DNA from: a virus | Direction: 5' to 3' (one strand) | DNA: 64,000 bases | Virus record (IMG/VR): IMGVR_UViG_3300013126_000023 | Span: 6,862-70,861 of that record | Part shown: piece by piece, positions 55,930 through 64,000 of the stretch | Numbering within the stretch: the stretch's first letter is position 1 | How the letters are laid out: each line of letters opens with the position of its first letter | The notes under the pieces: generated by a model | The model's database searches: none | The model's input: only the letters and a program-made list of their open reading frames with translations | Told to the model about the DNA's origin: nothing | Position numbers and translations under genes: made by a program

Positions 55930-56410
55930 CTTTGGATTCTGTTAAAAGTTGTCTTTTACTAGATTTTTTTTCGCCATCTGTTACTTCAATTTTGCGAGGC
56001 TTTTTATGTTCTGGAATAATTTTTTCCAAAACAATCTTTAGCATTCCATTAAACATCTCTGCATTTTCAATTTCTATTTGATCATCTAAGGCAAATGTTC
56101 TAGTAAATGCCCTATTAGCAATACCCTTAAATAGAAAATTATCCTGATCGTCAGCAGAAGATCCTGAAATAACTAATTTATTATCTTCCAAGGTAATTTC
56201 AATATCGGATTTAGCAAATCCAGCAACAGCTAATTCGATAACATACTTGTTATCTTCTACCTTGCGAATATTATATGGTGGATAGTTAGGAATATTTTTG
56301 GTCAAATCATCGTGTAGCTTAGCCATACGATTCCAATTATCATCGAAACCAACATAGAACTTATCTAAGTCCTTAAACATATCCAAAACGTTACGTGGTA
56401 CTAGTGTCAT
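55919..56410 (-). CDS. hsp20: Small heat shock protein (Hsp20/IbpA-like)
   Basis: NYPPYNI...YVIELAVAGF....I.I...GIA.R.F.R.F.L...A...NGMLKI.L...PE...PRKI. Confidence 0.95.
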   Translation of the reverse strand: MTLVPRNVLDMFKDLDKFYVGFDDNWNRMAKLHDDLTKNIPNYPPYNIRKVEDNKYVIELAVAGFAKSDIEITLEDNKLVISGSSADDQDNFLFKGIANRAFTRTFALDDQIEIENAEMFNGMLKIVLEKIIPEHKKPRKIEVTDGEKKSSKRQLLTESKDAA

Positions 56411-56520
56411 ATTAATTCTCCTATTAAGCGAGTATAAAAATTAACCAACCCATATGGCGTTGGCACCAGTGGACATTTTACTAGCCTTCGCTGGCATGCT
56501 AGTTCCCATCCCGGGGAATA
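56411..56520 (-). promoter_or_regulatory. Structured 5' leader with ROSE-like RNA thermometer
   Basis: CUCGCU-UAAU-AGGAG: U(U/C)GCU motif paired to the Shine-Dalgarno with a bulged G, preceded by further hairpins. Confidence 0.7.
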
Positions 56521-56536
56521 TAATATATATAAAACT

Positions 56537-56965
56537 TTATTCTACTGTTTGCTTCTTTTTGCCAATATTATATTTAGTTTGCAAATTCCAGTCGTCTTTT
56601 TCTTTAAATGAAATAACTTTTATCTGAGACAAAGGCGCAATATCTAAAAATTTATTGCTGTCTATAATTTTTACTAAACCCCAATCAACTAGCAGTTTAG
56701 CAATAGTATTACGCCTTTGTATGTCATTGTCTGTTAAGTCAGCATGCTTGCCATCTAATGCGAATAATTCTTTGAAATGAACTATATAATATCTACCTTG
56801 CTTATGTAAAATATGACAAGATTGATATAAAATTTTATCGCTTCTAGAGGCTACACCTATTCTAGTTAAAGTTTCTCTGACCTTTAGAAAATCATCAGGT
56901 TTTACGAGTGTAACTTCTAATGGACAGTACCCAGGGAAATCTATTTTGAAAACATCATCAGCCAT
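56537..56965 (-). CDS. regA: Translational repressor RegA
   Basis: PDDFLKVRETLTRIGVA...LYQSCHILHKQGRYYIVHFKELF.LDG. Confidence 0.97.
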   Translation of the reverse strand: MADDVFKIDFPGYCPLEVTLVKPDDFLKVRETLTRIGVASRSDKILYQSCHILHKQGRYYIVHFKELFALDGKHADLTDNDIQRRNTIAKLLVDWGLVKIIDSNKFLDIAPLSQIKVISFKEKDDWNLQTKYNIGKKKQTVE

Positions 56966-57404
56966 GCCTACCACCTTTGGACAATCTTGTTTTTAATATT
57001 TTTATTGTAGAATCATCGAGAAGAGGTAGTACTTGACGCGCCTTGTCTGTGCTATAGCCATAGTATTCTTTTACAATCTCGATCGCCTCAATCTTTTCAG
57101 GCTTGAGCCATTTATTGAATCTTTTTTTGGCTCTGATTATATTTATTAAAAACGAATTCTGTAAACTTTTATCCAAGTGTGGTCTAGAATTCATCTCATT
57201 TGCAGGTATTACTGTATCCGGACCGTAAGATAATCCTCTATTAATAAGATAAGAATTATACTGTTTCTCCGACCAATCATCTACTATTAAGTTTTCCTTA
57301 GAATAATGTATTGCATTTATGAAATCAAAAGGTGAAATTGCTGGAGCTTTATAAGGTTGTTCGACGTATTCTTTCTTAGGGGTTTCATCAAATAGGGTCG
57401 TCAT
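56958..57404 (-). CDS. 62: Clamp loader small subunit (gp62)
   Basis: Y..YLINR.LS...D....NEMN...KRF.KW...EYYGYS..KA; lies between 44 and regA. Confidence 0.92.
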   Translation of the reverse strand: MTTLFDETPKKEYVEQPYKAPAISPFDFINAIHYSKENLIVDDWSEKQYNSYLINRGLSYGPDTVIPANEMNSRPHLDKSLQNSFLINIIRAKKRFNKWLKPEKIEAIEIVKEYYGYSTDKARQVLPLLDDSTIKILKTRLSKGGRHG

Positions 57405-57570
57405 TATAATCTACCCATTTCTTAGCATAAAAATCTGCCATAGTAAATGAATCGCAGAATCTTTCATGTTCAATTTCAAAATATGAATCTAGAAATACTA
57501 CTCTATATCCAGTGCCTCGCTCTGTTATAAAGGAGCATCTGGTATCTTTTTGATATTCTGCTAGTTTCAT
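57388..57570 (-). CDS. Hypothetical protein
   Basis: 60-aa ORF, ATGA-coupled to gene 44. Confidence 0.6.
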   Translation of the reverse strand: MKLAEYQKDTRCSFITERGTGYRVVFLDSYFEIEHERFCDSFTMADFYAKKWVDYNDDPI

Positions 57571-58508
57571 TTGAATTCAACTCCCGCCATAATCTCGGTC
57601 AGGCAAGCAACTAAATTGATTTCTTGATCCGCCACGAATGCTGCCTTGTACTGATAATCTGCAAGAATAAGTACAAGTTGTGGTACTTGCACTACTTGAT
57701 CTACAAGTTGATCATATATTTTTCTAAAAATTGTGGTAGGTTCCTGATCGGAATTATTTACTACCCATGATCTCATTACCTTCCAATCTTTATCTTTTAG
57801 TGCATTCTTTAGTGCATTTAAACTTTCGTCGGATATATTTACTAAAATGCCTTCATCTATTTTTCCAGATACTGAATAACGCTGCAGTTCATTAAGAATT
57901 CTTCTATAATCTGGAAAATATTTCATTAAAAGAGCAGCAACTACTTTATCGTCATAGTTAATCTGTTCATGTTTAAGAATGTACTCGATTCTTTTCATAA
58001 ATCGAGAAGCAATCTTTGGTCGTTCCTCTTTATCAATTTTAAATTCTACTACAGCGCATCTAGAATGTAAGGGAGCAATAATTCTATTTTTAAAATTACA
58101 AGTTAGAATGAATCTGCAATTAGCAGAAAATTCTTCAATAAATGCTCGTAATGCAGGTTGAGTAGAATTAGGATTAAGATAATCTGCCTCATCCAAAATT
58201 ACTACTTTAATTTTTCCACTAAATGAAACTGTAGAAGCAAACTGTTTTATCTTTGTCCTCAGTACATCAATACCAGATTCTTCAGATCCGTTAATTATGA
58301 TATAATCTGTTTCTAACTGTTCACATAGTGCTCTAGCTACTGTAGTTTTACCCACACCTGCAGTACCACATAATAACATATTCTGTATCTCACCTTTATC
58401 AAGAAATTCTGCAAAAAATTTCTTTTGTTTATCGGGCAAGATACAATCATTTAAATTACGTGGACGATATTTCTCCACCCACAAAAACTGCTCATCACGA
58501 ATTTCCAT
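57567..58508 (-). CDS. 44: Clamp loader AAA+ subunit (gp44)
   Basis: LWVEKYRP, GTAGVGKTT, DEAD, SRC, FPDYRR. Confidence 0.97.
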   Translation of the reverse strand: MEIRDEQFLWVEKYRPRNLNDCILPDKQKKFFAEFLDKGEIQNMLLCGTAGVGKTTVARALCEQLETDYIIINGSEESGIDVLRTKIKQFASTVSFSGKIKVVILDEADYLNPNSTQPALRAFIEEFSANCRFILTCNFKNRIIAPLHSRCAVVEFKIDKEERPKIASRFMKRIEYILKHEQINYDDKVVAALLMKYFPDYRRILNELQRYSVSGKIDEGILVNISDESLNALKNALKDKDWKVMRSWVVNNSDQEPTTIFRKIYDQLVDQVVQVPQLVLILADYQYKAAFVADQEINLVACLTEIMAGVEFK

Positions 58509-58531
58509 AATTATCACATAATATAAAAAGA

Positions 58532-59188
58532 TTAAACTACTGAATCAGGTTCCATTGCGATAAAATATTCTAGCCCCTTCGTTTCGTGTTTAAAATGAAA
58601 CAATTTCTTTTTAGAAACAGTTACAGTATATGCATCAGGAAAGATTTTAAAATTTTCAACTGCCATATGGCATTCAAAATCATCTAGTCCTGGACCAATA
58701 ATTTTCTTATAAGTATTAGACGTATCGTTCTTTTTATCACCAATAGTAAGAACAACTTGTTGATGTTTACATACTACAGAAATAGTCGGTGCAGATGTGA
58801 TAGCTGCAGCCTTCATAATCATTTGAACATCTTCAGCTGTTAGTTTAAATTGAAAGTGATTATCTATTTCAATATTTTTGTCTGGGGCAGCAACGATAAC
58901 ACCGATATTAGAATAAAAATATTCAAATTTACCACCATCTTTAGAAATAGTTAAAGATTTATCTCCAAATTCAATGGTTTGATTTTCCATCAGAGTTAGA
59001 AGAGCCAATAAGGAATTCAAATCATATACAGGAACTTCTACCGGAAATTCTTCCACTACACTAGCTTTAGCAAAAATGTTTTTTGCTGTGCTAATAGTTG
59101 ATAATGTTTTGCCCTTACGAAAAAGAATATTGCTATTAATAGCAGCAAAATTCTTTAGAATGTCAATTGTTTCCTTACTTATTTGCAT
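58532..59188 (-). CDS. 45: Sliding clamp (gp45)
   Basis: MQISKETIDILKNFAAINSNI...YDLN..L...YFIAME. Confidence 0.95.
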   Translation of the reverse strand: MQISKETIDILKNFAAINSNILFRKGKTLSTISTAKNIFAKASVVEEFPVEVPVYDLNSLLALLTLMENQTIEFGDKSLTISKDGGKFEYFYSNIGVIVAAPDKNIEIDNHFQFKLTAEDVQMIMKAAAITSAPTISVVCKHQQVVLTIGDKKNDTSNTYKKIIGPGLDDFECHMAVENFKIFPDAYTVTVSKKKLFHFKHETKGLEYFIAMEPDSVV

Positions 59189-59197
59189 AATAAAACC

Positions 59198-59935
59198 TCA
59201 AGTTATGTTTGCACCACAATTAATAATATCACCTTTGTATACATGTACACCTATATGATTTAATTCAATACTAGGCATTAAGTATATTTTCCCGCCCATC
59301 TTTCTCCATTTGTTACAAAAGAACCAATCTTCTGATTGAAATACTCCATCATTATCTATATCAGTTTTGAAATATTCTGTATACCAATTATCAAATCTAC
59401 CAAAATTAGATGCTCTAGCTTTCTTCATCTTAGGTTTCATTTTTTCAAATACTCTACGATGAATAAGCATAAATCCCGTTCCGGCGTGACGAACTTCAAT
59501 CAGCCCCTTATCGTTAGGTGTTTGCAGTTTATTGTCCACAAAATTAATCACATAAGATGCACCTAATCTTTCTACATCACCTACATTAAGTGGTGCATTT
59601 TTTATTCGTTCCCAGTCTATGAATTTTTTAGGATACGCCGCACAAACTACATCCTCGTCAGCACTAAGCAAACTATAGATAGCATCGCCTCTAAAATGTA
59701 TATCTGCATCTATAAACATAAGATGTGTACAATCAGATTTGAGAAAATAATCTACTACGTAATTACGCCCTCTAGTTATAAGGCTTTCGTTTGCTACAAA
59801 AAACCAAAATAAATCTATACCATGTTCTTTTAAATTTAGTACACTTTCAGCAACGCCGCTAGCATATCCATGATAACATAGTCCTCCATACATCGGAGTC
59901 CCTATCATAACACTTTTTTTAATGTTCAGCTTCAT
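59198..59935 (-). CDS. GT-A-fold glycosyltransferase-like protein
   Basis: TPMYGG, NESLITRGRN, LMFIDADI (DxD), GTGFMLI.R, SED..FC, L.H.G. Confidence 0.7.
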   Translation of the reverse strand: MKLNIKKSVMIGTPMYGGLCYHGYASGVAESVLNLKEHGIDLFWFFVANESLITRGRNYVVDYFLKSDCTHLMFIDADIHFRGDAIYSLLSADEDVVCAAYPKKFIDWERIKNAPLNVGDVERLGASYVINFVDNKLQTPNDKGLIEVRHAGTGFMLIHRRVFEKMKPKMKKARASNFGRFDNWYTEYFKTDIDNDGVFQSEDWFFCNKWRKMGGKIYLMPSIELNHIGVHVYKGDIINCGANIT

Positions 59936-60215
59936 CTAGCATCGTCTCTAAGTCATGAGTATATAGCATAATGACAGCATAGTGCAATACCTTTAGAATG
60001 TCTTTTCTATTTCGACCTTCTTTTTTGCCATATCTTTGAGCATACTTAATTATATTACTACGTGTATGTGGAATACCATCACCGCAATCAATAATAAATT
60101 CTGTAGTCTGTATTTTTCCCTGCGCATAATGCTGACTATAAGTCGAATCAATATATTTTTTTAATTCTTCTATATAATTTGGTTCATTGTATTTGTAATT
60201 TATGATTTTTTCCAC
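59919..60215 (-). CDS. DUF3310-like protein
   Basis: YKYNE...YIDSTYSQHY...NIIKYAQRYGKKEG...D..K..HY. Confidence 0.7.
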   Translation of the reverse strand: MEKIINYKYNEPNYIEELKKYIDSTYSQHYAQGKIQTTEFIIDCGDGIPHTRSNIIKYAQRYGKKEGRNRKDILKVLHYAVIMLYTHDLETMLDEAEH

Positions 60216-60916
60216 GGTAAATTTCCATTATATCTTAATTTCATAAAATGATTTCCTTGTAAAAAGAAATCTGCTTGAACAGAATCTGCTCTATTTCCTG
60301 CTCTATAGTTCACGGTATATAAACCTGTCACATTACATCTTATTATATTATCTTTTAATGTAGAAGTCAATATACGATCTACTTCAGGTTGATCTTCTGG
60401 ATGTCTTGCACGTCTATACCATAGAGGAGTTAATTGTAATGCTAAAATTTTAGGCAAAAAGAAACAATTTACATCCACAAAATAATCATTAATTATTGAT
60501 TTCCAATTACCTAAACTTTCGCAATCATCATTACAAATATAGTTGCCTTTAGCATCAACAATTTTTCTCAAAGAACATGAAAAAGATTCTTTATCCGAAA
60601 TAGATATTAAACTTTCAATATGATTTTCATCTATCCAATTGTCCTCATCCAGATACATTATATAGTCACCTTTAGCAAAATATGTGCAACCTCCATATAT
60701 TCGATGACCATTAAACTGATCTGTGCCTGTGGCATAAGGTAAGACAATAATATCATTATTATTTCTAGTATATTTTTTAGCTTTTTTTAAATGATGTTGC
60801 CCATCCACCACAACCAAGTGTTGTACATCCTTATAAGTTTGTTTTGCAACTGATTCTATATTTTTATCTAAATAATCTGAACCAGTAGTTGCAGTTATAA
60901 CTGTTACCTTACTCAC
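60200..60916 (-). CDS. Family 2 glycosyltransferase
   Basis: VTVITAT...SV.KQTY...HLVVVDG...YLDEDN. Confidence 0.85.
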   Translation of the reverse strand: MSKVTVITATTGSDYLDKNIESVAKQTYKDVQHLVVVDGQHHLKKAKKYTRNNNDIIVLPYATGTDQFNGHRIYGGCTYFAKGDYIMYLDEDNWIDENHIESLISISDKESFSCSLRKIVDAKGNYICNDDCESLGNWKSIINDYFVDVNCFFLPKILALQLTPLWYRRARHPEDQPEVDRILTSTLKDNIIRCNVTGLYTVNYRAGNRADSVQADFFLQGNHFMKLRYNGNLPWKKS

Positions 60917-61610
60917 TTAAAAATCCACCATCAAATTTAAATCTAGGATCAGTTGCCTTAGGATCAAAAAATTTACATTCCTCTAATGTAGGTGGATACA
61001 ATGGCATATCATTTTCATCATACCCATTACCACAAAAAGAAAATGGATTTATTAATTTTTTTCTTGTTTCGCCGAACCACCCATCATTCATACTATGAAT
61101 CATCATAGAATCTTTTACTTTAGGGTAAACTACATCTCTTAAAAAATATTGATCACTACAATAGTATTGTAACTTTAAACTATATTCTTTCATAATATTA
61201 TGAATGCTACTATCCAATTTACCCTTCATAGCAAAAGCGCATCCTATTATAGGAAATTCAAAATGCGCTTCATGGTCTCTAAAAGTATGAAATGTCTTAT
61301 CGCTATCTATCCATTCCTTTACCGCCATAAATTCTCTTTGTGTTATTCTACTATCTGTATCTCTTACTAATACCAAATTATTATCATTTTCAAACAGCGG
61401 TTCGAATCTCCAAAACATTCCGTAGGTTGAAGTATCGGCTTTTATAAGTTCTACATTTTTAGGCAATTTGTTAAATTTTTTAATATCATCTACATATAAT
61501 CGTATCTTAAATCCCGGATACCATTTTTTAGCTAATTCTATTTGTTTAATTGCGCCTTTGATATATCTAGGATTATCACCCCAGATCGACATAGAAATAA
61601 TACTATCCAT
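60909..61610 (-). CDS. Putative glycosyltransferase-like protein
   Basis: IISMSIWG...Y..GA, GMFWRF, VRDTDSR (DxD), RDH..H, DQ.FL...VYP; start moved to MDSII. Confidence 0.55.
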   Translation of the reverse strand: MDSIISMSIWGDNPRYIKGAIKQIELAKKWYPGFKIRLYVDDIKKFNKLPKNVELIKADTSTYGMFWRFEPLFENDNNLVLVRDTDSRITQREFMAVKEWIDSDKTFHTFRDHEAHFEFPIIGCAFAMKGKLDSSIHNIMKEYSLKLQYYCSDQYFLRDVVYPKVKDSMMIHSMNDGWFGETRKKLINPFSFCGNGYDENDMPLYPPTLEECKFFDPKATDPRFKFDGGFLSE

Positions 61611-62301
61611 TACTAGTTTCCCATTGTTCCACATAATCACTCTGTTGAACATTATCATGAGAAAAATCTTTAGTAGCTAATTCAGTTCTAACCATTACAT
61701 ATAATGGAGTTGGATGTTGAATATCATGACGTCCTCCCTTTGGTGGAGGACTCAATTTATACGTCCAGTTAGCATTAGTTGTATCTCCCAAATAAATTTC
61801 AGTATTTTTATATCCGTTTTTCTCAGAATATAAGGAAAAGAAAACTTCCGGGGAGAATTGCCAAAATCCATGCCCACACTGATTATTCGTAGGTAGAACA
61901 TGTATAATTTGTCCTCCCTCTTTACACATTTTAGATACATTCTTTAATGCTTGATTAATATTAAAAATATGTTCTAAGCAACCACCATCAAATATGGTAT
62001 CAAATTTATGGTGTAATTTTTTATCAACAGGCTTATTAAGATCAGAAATTATTGTTGCATTTTCATAATTAGATGCGTCTAAAGAATCTACAGATGTCGA
62101 ACCAAAATGTTCTAGTAATAATTCCTCACAATATTCCTTTCCTGTAGTATAATCAAAATCTTTATAAGGCCTATCTACAAATTGATCTATAACTTGTTTT
62201 GGTGTATAAAGCCCTTGCCTTCCTATAGTTAATGTCTTTTTAAACGGACCGTTCAATGAAGCTATAGAAAGCATTTTTAATGCTTGAATATCAATACCCA
62301 T
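61603..62301 (-). CDS. Class I SAM-dependent methyltransferase-like protein
   Basis: SLD.S.YE.A...DLN...FDTIFDGGCLEHIF...K.GG...P...GHGFWQF. Confidence 0.75.
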   Translation of the reverse strand: MGIDIQALKMLSIASLNGPFKKTLTIGRQGLYTPKQVIDQFVDRPYKDFDYTTGKEYCEELLLEHFGSTSVDSLDASNYENATIISDLNKPVDKKLHHKFDTIFDGGCLEHIFNINQALKNVSKMCKEGGQIIHVLPTNNQCGHGFWQFSPEVFFSLYSEKNGYKNTEIYLGDTTNANWTYKLSPPPKGGRHDIQHPTPLYVMVRTELATKDFSHDNVQQSDYVEQWETSNG

Positions 62302-62304
62302 GTT

Positions 62305-63252
62305 TCACCATATAAAATTTTGTTTATAAAAATCTACGATAGCAGGCAGCTCAGAATCAAAATCTGCACGAGGAACCCAACCCAATGTTCTCAACTTAGT
62401 ATCATCAATTGAATATCTTACATCTTGTCCTGGTCTCACTTCATCCGCATAAACTACTCGATTAAGATCATATTGATCATGCTTAAAAAATTCTTTTAAT
62501 AACTTTTTTGCTACAACCATATTAGTAGTTTCATAGTTTCCAGATATGTTGTAAATTTCATTTACCCTACTAGAATAAATTATAGTTAATACTGCATCTG
62601 CAGTATCACTCACATGCAACCAAGTTCTTCTAGGTGTGCCCTGATCATGTAAAAGTATTGGTCTACCCACAGTTAAATGTTTAACAGCTTTAGGTATAAA
62701 TTTTTCAACGTATTGACCTATGCCATAATTATTAGTTGGTCTAACAATAACATAGGGTATATCATATGTTCTAGCCCATGCTAAAATTAACATATCAGCC
62801 GCAGCTTTAGATGCAGCATAAGGATTGCTAGGTTTTAGCATATCAATTTCAGAATGACTGCCGACATTTATATCACCGTATACTTCATCTGTACTAAAAT
62901 GCAATAGTACTGGTCTTCTTGATTTAGGTTTTATTTTAATTAATTCTAAAATTCTATGAACACCATTTACATTACTTTTTAGAAACGCATCAGAGTTTTC
63001 TATACTATTATCTACATGGGTTTCAGCTGCAACATTAATAAAGTAATCGCAATCAAATATTCTTTCCAAATCATTAATATCCGATTTAATATATTTAAAT
63101 TTTTTATACTTATATAAACGATCTAGATTTGCAAGATCTGATGCATAGGTTTCTTTATCAACACCCATGACATAGTGACCCTCATCCAAGCATTTCTTCG
63201 CTATGTGGAATCCCATAAAACCTAAACAACCTGTTACATATAAAATTTTCAT
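62305..63252 (-). CDS. rmlB: dTDP-glucose 4,6-dehydratase-like extended SDR
   Basis: VTGCLGFMG, AAETHVDNS, STDEVYG, PYAASKA, R.TNNYG..Q..EKFIP, RPGQD.RY. Confidence 0.88.
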   Translation of the reverse strand: MKILYVTGCLGFMGFHIAKKCLDEGHYVMGVDKETYASDLANLDRLYKYKKFKYIKSDINDLERIFDCDYFINVAAETHVDNSIENSDAFLKSNVNGVHRILELIKIKPKSRRPVLLHFSTDEVYGDINVGSHSEIDMLKPSNPYAASKAAADMLILAWARTYDIPYVIVRPTNNYGIGQYVEKFIPKAVKHLTVGRPILLHDQGTPRRTWLHVSDTADAVLTIIYSSRVNEIYNISGNYETTNMVVAKKLLKEFFKHDQYDLNRVVYADEVRPGQDVRYSIDDTKLRTLGWVPRADFDSELPAIVDFYKQNFIW

Positions 63253-63728
63253 GCAGATCTCGTAATATTAAGATATGAAGGTTTATTATTGTAAAGAAAA
63301 TTTTCCCAACAATTTCGCAAATCTTGTTCTGTATTTGGACGGAATTTTATTATGTTAGGAAAGAAATCTAAGACGTCATCGTCAGTAGCCCAATGGCTAA
63401 ACCCGAGATGTCCATAATCTTTGCCCCTACCTGAACCTATTAATTTTATAGGAGTTCCCTCATGCGAAACATAATTACGAATGTATTCAAAAGGCCTAAA
63501 AATTAAAAAAGGCGTAATGCTATAACATAAGGGAATTTTTTTATTGTGAGCTAAACCAACCGCTGTACCCAACATAAGTTGTTCTGCAGCTCCGACGTTA
63601 AGAAATCTTTCTGGCACAGCTTCTCGAGTTTTATTAAGTACACCAAACCCAAGATCACCGGTTAATACCCAAATTCGTTCGTCTAATTGAATTGATTCTG
63701 CTAAGAGTTCACTGAATACTGTTCGCAT
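63249..63728 (-). CDS. Transketolase-like protein, pyrimidine-binding subunit
   Basis: LTGDLGFG...RF.NVG.AEQ.M.G.AVGLA...R.FE.IRN...G.SH. Confidence 0.88.
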   Translation of the reverse strand: MRTVFSELLAESIQLDERIWVLTGDLGFGVLNKTREAVPERFLNVGAAEQLMLGTAVGLAHNKKIPLCYSITPFLIFRPFEYIRNYVSHEGTPIKLIGSGRGKDYGHLGFSHWATDDDVLDFFPNIIKFRPNTEQDLRNCWENFLYNNKPSYLNITRSA

Positions 63729-64000
63729 AATAAAGTATAGTCTTCTGGCTTTAAAACATAATAATGGGTTAGAATACCTTCAGCAAAGGGCCAAGAAGGT
63801 GGAGAAGTATGTCTTATATTTATATCAGGTAAAAATGCCTTTAATCTGTGTACTAGGTAATCACTATCAATAAAATCATAAGCTATCATACCATTTATAT
63901 TTACATATACTTTTAGATTATTTAATTTATTTTCATAAATAAATCTCAATGCTTCCCAGATTGACCCCTCGGCTGCTTCACCGTCAGAGATCAAACAATA
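63701..64000 (-). CDS. Transketolase-like protein, ThDP-binding subunit (5' end outside window)
   Basis: SDGEAAEGSIWEA...N ThDP-binding motif. Confidence 0.85.
   Translation of the reverse strand, partial: YCLISDGEAAEGSIWEALRFIYENKLNNLKVYVNINGMIAYDFIDSDYLVHRLKAFLPDINIRHTSPPSWPFAEGILTHYYVLKPEDYTLLCEQYSVNS

Noticed and set aside
56480-56515. + strand gccttcgctggc resembling the HDV/theta ribozyme P3-L3
   Set aside because: I could not build P1, P1.1 and P2; the simpler reading is a hairpin in the minus-strand hsp20 leader.

Overview
This is 64 kb of an AT-rich, T4-like (Tevenvirinae/Kyanoviridae-type) myophage genome, almost all on the minus strand. The host is probably a freshwater proteobacterium, inferred from a Betaproteobacteria-like RpoZ, a ROSE-type hsp20 leader and consensus sigma70 promoters. 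Left to right: (1) 1-26.3 kb, a tail-fibre/adhesin region with tandem glycine-rich adhesins, a 2724-aa repeat fibre, and a collagen fibre followed by a glycosyltransferase, a methyltransferase and two 2OG-Fe(II) oxygenases. (2) 26.4-37.2 kb, late genes, several with N-termini resembling the T4 capsid-targeting sequence; these include Dps, a HIGH-family nucleotidyltransferase, a ligase-like protein, a metallopeptidase and a PD-(D/E)XK nuclease. (3) 37.2-41.2 kb, small early genes including rpoZ. (4) The replication core 41-40-uvsX-43 and regA-62-44-45, interrupted by an inverted (+ strand) island of secreted and membrane proteins, a class III nucleotide cyclase, three tRNAs and hsp20. (5) From 59.2 kb, a nucleotide-sugar/glycosyltransferase cluster that runs off the window. 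All family calls come from motif recognition by eye; no database search was run.
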